NCBI GenBank assembly: GCA_037310415.1
Contig: CP147780.1
Location: 1,600,001-1,664,000, forward strand
Reading direction: 5' to 3'
Length of the DNA stretch: 64,000 bases
From: Candidatus Atabeyarchaeum deiterrae
Lineage (GTDB): Archaea; Asgardarchaeota; Atabeyarchaeia; Atabeyarchaeales; Atabeyarchaeaceae
Shown here one piece after another: positions 58,993 through 64,000 of this stretch. The notes beneath the pieces are model-generated. The model was not told where the DNA came from and made no database searches. It saw only the letters and a program-made list of their open reading frames with translations. Every line of letters starts with the position of its first letter. The stretch's first letter is position 1. Both the position numbers and the translations under genes were made by a program.

Positions 58993-59802
58993 TCACAGAG
59001 GAGTCATAGTAACATTGCTCCGGTCTTTTCTGTCCTCATGAATAGCGTCGTCGATAGCGATGGCAAGCGGAACGATGAGCCGTCGGTCAATGTTCGTGTT
59101 GATGACGACCCCATATTTCTGGCTAAAGTCAAAAACGCTTCCCCCGACAAAGATGTCCTTCCACATGTCCGTTTTATCTATCTCAGCGACGAGATTCTTC
59201 TCCATGTCATATACTTTGAAAGTGAAACCCATAAAGTCGCCTTGAGCTTCGAGAATCTTCTTTCCACGTGGATCTTCCATCCATACAAGAGGTCTTAACA
59301 CTGCGAGTATTTTCTGCTTCACCCGACCAAGAGCATTTTCATGGGCATCTTCTATGTCGAAGGTATCCCTGATGGCGACGAGTTTCTTATGAATGATCGC
59401 TGAGACCGTTTGGTCATCAGCTTCTCGGAATTCTATGGCTTTGCGCGCCGAAATGGCACGGCGATGCATGTGTCCAACGGCAATTCCTTTCTCATCGTAA
59501 ATTGCACCGGATCCCCATCCCCACCAGCGACGATCAATCACATAGTAACGTCGACTCACATCAAAAAGCGGCGCCACTGGTTCAGTCGCCTTGACAGGCG
59601 ATGGTTGGGGTTCATATTCTGGAACTGGTGTTTCAGGCGTTTGAAAAGGCTCTTCAGTAGTCTCATAAGGCTCGACCGGTCTGGATTCAGACCTGTCTCT
59701 GAAGACAGGAGCGCCACACTCGAAGCAGAAGCGCGCGTCGGGCTTGAGCCTCGCGCCACACCGCGTGCAAAATCTAGCGCCACTTTCCATGGTTAGGACC
59801 AA
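58993..59802 (-). CDS. zinc-ribbon plus LURP-one/scramblase (Tubby C-like) domain protein
   Basis: FCTRCG...FCFECG, Pro/Glu linker, beta-barrel region with GDFMGFTF and terminal LAIAID helix. Confidence 0.8.
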   Translation of the reverse strand: MVLTMESGARFCTRCGARLKPDARFCFECGAPVFRDRSESRPVEPYETTEEPFQTPETPVPEYEPQPSPVKATEPVAPLFDVSRRYYVIDRRWWGWGSGAIYDEKGIAVGHMHRRAISARKAIEFREADDQTVSAIIHKKLVAIRDTFDIEDAHENALGRVKQKILAVLRPLVWMEDPRGKKILEAQGDFMGFTFKVYDMEKNLVAEIDKTDMWKDIFVGGSVFDFSQKYGVVINTNIDRRLIVPLAIAIDDAIHEDRKDRSNVTMTPL

Positions 59803-60000
59803 TCTCCACGATTAGTTTGGCTGGTTTCAGATACTCTGGTTGTCGTGAGACAGTAACAGTCTGGGCTGTTGTTGAAGGGACAATATTGGTTTCGAAGATA
59901 TTAAGTCTCTCCTTCGGACGATCTGCGACGGCTGACATGATGAGTGTTCATCTCGTGAGAATCTTGGCCACTGCTGTCTGATGATTCATCACTCCAAGGA

Positions 60001-60786
60001 TCATCCTTCAGAGGTTGCGCCAGTCGCTGCCGAACCACTAAGCTCCTCGTGAAGGGCTACGTCTATCGCGATTGCCAGCCCCACGACCAATCGTCGGTCA
60101 ATATCACGATAGATGACAATCGCATGCTTCTGACTGAAGTCGAATGCATCGCTACTCACAAAGAGGTCAAGCCACATGCTTGCTTTGTCGCATTCTGCAA
60201 CAATTTGCCCTTCCATATCGTAGACTTTGAAAGTGAAGCCGAGGAAGTCTCCCTTTGTCTCCAAGATCCTGTTTCCGTCGTGGTCTTCTAGCCAGACTTC
60301 TCGTTCGAAATCCTCGCTCATTTTCTGCCTAATGTGAGCTATCGTGTTTTCTTGTTCATCTTTGATATCTAACGAGGGTCTAGGTGCTCCAATCTTCCAA
60401 CGGATTACCGCAGACACGATCTTGCCGTCTGCTTCACGGAATTCAAGGGCCCTGAATTTGGAGATGATCTTACGATAGAGATGGCCAACGATCTTGCCCT
60501 TCTCGTCATAGATAGGACCAGACCCCGATTCCCACCATTTGTGATCAATAACGTAATGATGTCGACTACGATCAAAAAGTGCCAACATCATTTTAGTGGA
60601 TGCAATCGGTTCGGCTGAAGGCCTTACCTCTGGCTGGGTAGATGCAGTCTCTGAAGGGACATGTGTATCTTCGCCAACCTCAGCGCCACACTCATCGCAG
60701 AATTCCGCGTCTGGATCGAGTTCCGCACCGCAACTCGTACAATGGCGTTGACGACCTTCCATAGATGGAACAACCTCCATGATCAA
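60001..60786 (-). CDS. zinc-ribbon plus LURP-one/scramblase domain protein, tandem paralog
   Basis: CTSCG...FCDECG; shares GSGxIYDEKG, GDFxGFTFKVYDME, FDFSQK and IDRRL with its neighbour. Confidence 0.8.
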   Translation of the reverse strand: MIMEVVPSMEGRQRHCTSCGAELDPDAEFCDECGAEVGEDTHVPSETASTQPEVRPSAEPIASTKMMLALFDRSRHHYVIDHKWWESGSGPIYDEKGKIVGHLYRKIISKFRALEFREADGKIVSAVIRWKIGAPRPSLDIKDEQENTIAHIRQKMSEDFEREVWLEDHDGNRILETKGDFLGFTFKVYDMEGQIVAECDKASMWLDLFVSSDAFDFSQKHAIVIYRDIDRRLVVGLAIAIDVALHEELSGSAATGATSEG

Positions 60787-60921
60787 AGCTCATTCGACGT
60801 ATTATTGGTATACACATCGGGAATCTAATACTTGTGAGAGTCATTGACATAGATATATTCGTCTCTTCCAGCATCTTAGCGGAATAGTTTCGAGAGCTAG
60901 TGACTCCCCTGCAACCAAAAT

Positions 60922-62568
60922 CTACTGCTTATTTGGCAGTTCCCTAATTGCGCCCTTGTTTGCTGAAGATGTTGTTATTGCGTAAAGCGCCAAAAATCCT
61001 CTTCTCACCTTGGGTTCAGGAGGGGACCATGCTTCTCGCCTTTTCTTAATCTCTTGATCGCTCAATTTAACGTTAAGTTCCCTGTTCGGAAGATCTATCT
61101 CAACATTGTCTCCCTCTCTAATTAGGGCAATTGGTCCACCCTCCACTGCCTCTGGGGACACATGACCTATGCAAAGACCCGCTGTTCCACCTGAGAACCT
61201 TCCATCGGTAACAAGGGCCACAGAATCATTCATCTTCGTCTCGGAAATCCTCATGGTTATCATCAGCATCTCCCGCATGCCGGGACCACCCTTCGGACCC
61301 TCATATCTTATGACAACCACATCTCTAGGTTTTATTTGGTTATTGTCAAAAGCATTTGTGCAATCTTCTTCGGAGTCAAACACTCTCGCGGGTCCAGTGT
61401 GAACTAGCATCCTCGGGTGCACAGCTGACATCTTCACCACTGCACCGTTGGGCGCAAGATTGCCGTAGAGAACCGCTATGCCCCCTTCCTTCATGTATGG
61501 TCTTTCAATAGGCCTGATTATCTCATCATTGACAATGACTACATCCTTTATGTTCTCACCGACTGTCTTACCCGTGACAGTGTTGGCTCCAAGGTGCAAT
61601 ATGTGTTGGAGCCTCTTCATGACCGCCGGGACTCCACCTGCCTTCTCAAGTTCAGTGAAGTTGTTTGGACCATTTGGCTTGAATCTACATAGGTTAGGGG
61701 TGTCTCGGCTCAGCCTGTCAAAGTCGGTGAGATCAATACTGATATTCGCGTCATTTGCTATGGCGGGCAAGTGAAGCGTGGTATTGGTTGATCCGCCAAT
61801 CGCCATATCGACTCGAATTGCGTTCTCAAAAGCCTCTTTGGTTAATATTTCAGAGGATTTGATGCCTTTCTCAACAAGCTTCATGATTTGGAGACCCGAT
61901 TCCTTTGCAAAACGAAGCTCCTTGGATTCACCAGCAATGTGCGTTGCACAGCCAGGAAGAGACATGCCCAAAGCCTCAGTCATACATGCCATGGTGGTAG
62001 CAGTGCCAAGAAGATTACATGCACCTGGACCTGGGCAGGCAGATGTGACTTTGCCGAAAAACTCTTCAGCTTCTAGTTCTCCGCTGGAGAACTGTCTATA
62101 GATTCTAGCGAGATCGAAAACCACAATTTCCTCACCCTTGTAGCGACCAGGATTCATTTGGCCTCCCGTAACAAATATGGTGGGTCTGTTCACGCGAGCG
62201 GCTCCCATTAGCATGCCAGGCACTATTTTATCACATGTGCATATACAGACTATCCCATCGAATAGGTCCGCATGACCTTCCACCATTGCTTCAATCGAAT
62301 CGGCAATCAGATCTCGACTGGGGAGCGGATAACGCATTCCCAATGATCCCTCAGAGACTCCATCGCATAGGGCGATGGTGTTGAACTCCATTGGGGTTCC
62401 TCCGCCTTCTCTTATCCCTGCTTTGACCGACTCCGATACTTTGTTCAGATGTACGTGACCAACAACAAATTCATTCCACGAATTTGCTATGCCTATTATG
62501 GGTCGCTGCATCTCTTCCTCAGTGAAACCAGCTCCCCTGAATGTTGGAAAAATAGCTTTCCTAGACAA
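60922..62568 (-). CDS. ilvD: dihydroxy-acid dehydratase
   Basis: CDG, CDKIVPG, GACNLLGTA, GGSTN, YEGPKGGPGMREM, TDGRFSG, GHVSPE. Confidence 0.95.
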   Translation of the reverse strand: MSRKAIFPTFRGAGFTEEEMQRPIIGIANSWNEFVVGHVHLNKVSESVKAGIREGGGTPMEFNTIALCDGVSEGSLGMRYPLPSRDLIADSIEAMVEGHADLFDGIVCICTCDKIVPGMLMGAARVNRPTIFVTGGQMNPGRYKGEEIVVFDLARIYRQFSSGELEAEEFFGKVTSACPGPGACNLLGTATTMACMTEALGMSLPGCATHIAGESKELRFAKESGLQIMKLVEKGIKSSEILTKEAFENAIRVDMAIGGSTNTTLHLPAIANDANISIDLTDFDRLSRDTPNLCRFKPNGPNNFTELEKAGGVPAVMKRLQHILHLGANTVTGKTVGENIKDVVIVNDEIIRPIERPYMKEGGIAVLYGNLAPNGAVVKMSAVHPRMLVHTGPARVFDSEEDCTNAFDNNQIKPRDVVVIRYEGPKGGPGMREMLMITMRISETKMNDSVALVTDGRFSGGTAGLCIGHVSPEAVEGGPIALIREGDNVEIDLPNRELNVKLSDQEIKKRREAWSPPEPKVRRGFLALYAITTSSANKGAIRELPNKQ

Positions 62569-62778
62569 GGTCGGACCTCCACAATCACTTCGTCCTCGTC
62601 AGACGGCAGAACTGATTGCCGTGCTATTTGTTCCTCTTGCTATTTCTGTTTTGCTAATCGCCATAGGACTTATCAAGTGCCTTCTGAGAAATCGCTTCTA
62701 CATAAGAGTTAATATATTTGTATGAGATAATGAAACCTAAATAAAGCACAATGGCGCCAGAATTAACCAAACACAATT

Positions 62779-63351
62779 ATGGAGGAATTCATCGTTATGC
62801 GTTTTTGGAAGATCTTCTTGCTACACACGGATAGAGATTGGGGTAGGTACGTCAAAGAGAAATCCATCTTCGTCGGCCAGTTTGGACCAGAGGGATTTCA
62901 GAACCTAGACAAGTACAGCTGCAAAGAAGATATGGCGGAATTTATTCCAGAAGGGGCTGCCACTCAACTCTGGCAATTCTCCAATGACATAAAAAAGGGA
63001 GATCTTGTGGTCGCTTATGGCCCCAGGCGCGTGCTTGGCGTTGGAAGAGCAATTGGCAGCTACCGTTTCGATCCTATCCTTGACCCGGTAGACCAATGCT
63101 ACCACAAGTCGCATATTAGAGGAATCAAGTGGGTCGAGCTGAAGCCACACGTGGACGCCAGCACTGACAAGGTTTTGTTCTGTGATCCGCCGATAGGGCT
63201 TGAAACACTGAACGATCAAATCAAGATACTAGAAATATCCCGCGAAGAATGGGGTAATGTGCTCAAACAGTATCCCACACTCAAGAAAGCGTACCAGAAG
63301 CTAGCTAAACCTGTCAAGTCATCCAAGCCTGCCAAACCGTCTAAGAAATAG
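62779..63351 (+). CDS. EVE/PUA-like domain protein of the type found in restriction systems (tentative)
   Basis: FWK..., IKKGDLVVAY...VLGVG...YRFD...HIRGIKW. Confidence 0.6.
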   Translation: MEEFIVMRFWKIFLLHTDRDWGRYVKEKSIFVGQFGPEGFQNLDKYSCKEDMAEFIPEGAATQLWQFSNDIKKGDLVVAYGPRRVLGVGRAIGSYRFDPILDPVDQCYHKSHIRGIKWVELKPHVDASTDKVLFCDPPIGLETLNDQIKILEISREEWGNVLKQYPTLKKAYQKLAKPVKSSKPAKPSKK

Positions 63352-63465
63352 GTTCTCGACCGCAAGGCTGGGCAACCTATTGAACTTCATTTTGTTTTCC
63401 ATCCCGACTGCCGTACCCTGTCCTCTGCTAGTCATTTTGGTTACTCGGAGGAGTGAGCTCAGATC

Positions 63466-64000
63466 GTGAATACTGCTATCCGAGAAGCATGCCACAAAGT
63501 GGTTTTTGGAGACAGCAGGACGATGAGTGAAGTCGAAGATGGATCAGTCCACCTGATTGTAACATCTCCACCATATCCAATGATCGAAATGTGGGATGGG
63601 ATATTCCGCAACCTAGATGACCAGATAGACCGCTTGTGGCTGCAACTGGAAAAGGAAGAAGATAGGAACAAGCGTGAAGGGATAGTCGGCAAGATCTATG
63701 ATTCCATGCATGAGAATCTGGCGAAAGTATGGAGTGAAGTGCATAGAGTCTTAATTGACGGAGGTATCGCATGCATCAACATTGGAGACGCCACGAGAAA
63801 TATCAACGGCATCTTCAGACTATTCCCTAATCACGTGAGAGTCGTCGACTGGTGCGAGAGAATCGGGTTCGTTACCCTGCCCTACCTGCTATGGAGGAAA
63901 CCGACAACCAAACCCAAGTACAAGGGAAAGGGCGCGTTTCTAGGATCAGGCATGTTGCCTCCAAATGCCTACGTAACCTTGGACTGCGAATACATTCTGA
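63466..64000 (+). CDS. site-specific DNA methyltransferase (N4-C/N6-A, beta class), 5' part only
   Basis: Not in ORF track because it has no stop in the window. GTG 63466 after GGAGGA; GDSR...SVHLIVTSPPYPMIEMWD...RVLIDGGIACINIGD. Confidence 0.9.
   Translation, partial: MNTAIREACHKVVFGDSRTMSEVEDGSVHLIVTSPPYPMIEMWDGIFRNLDDQIDRLWLQLEKEEDRNKREGIVGKIYDSMHENLAKVWSEVHRVLIDGGIACINIGDATRNINGIFRLFPNHVRVVDWCERIGFVTLPYLLWRKPTTKPKYKGKGAFLGSGMLPPNAYVTLDCEYIL

Noticed and set aside
1-64000. tRNA, rRNA, CRISPR arrays, IS elements, and the many antisense ORFs in the track
   Set aside because: No T-loop/cloverleaf, regularly spaced repeats or transposase motifs seen by eye; antisense ORFs are shadows of well-supported genes

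Overview
Archaeal chromosomal window with no rRNA, tRNA, CRISPR array or recognisable transposase. It shows AGGTGA/GGAGG ribosome-binding sites, TATA-box promoters and T-tract terminators. Two longin-like proteins, a degenerate Ras/Rab-like GTPase fold and a large tandem-HTH regulator suggest an Asgard archaeon (inference). Metabolic content: an NAD(P)-dependent methylene-H4MPT dehydrogenase fusion divergent from nfnAB, tupABC, a probable sugar or polyol catabolic cluster, nadE, ilvD, a B12 radical SAM enzyme, an S8 protease, a DUF1998 helicase, ABC and MFS transporters, a P-type ATPase and a truncated DNA methyltransferase at the right edge. The most notable observation is at 33.4-36.7 kb. 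An unannotated 45-codon gene (34862-34999) encodes a signal peptide plus a ~10-residue tail and lies convergent to a 497-aa tandem-HTH regulator. Their promoter regions share an identical 16-bp motif and a second 13/14-bp motif. A pseudo-GTPase and a longin-like gene are transcribed divergently from the same intergenic region. Together these form a candidate archaeal peptide-signalling circuit. All family calls come from motif recognition by eye; no database searches were run.
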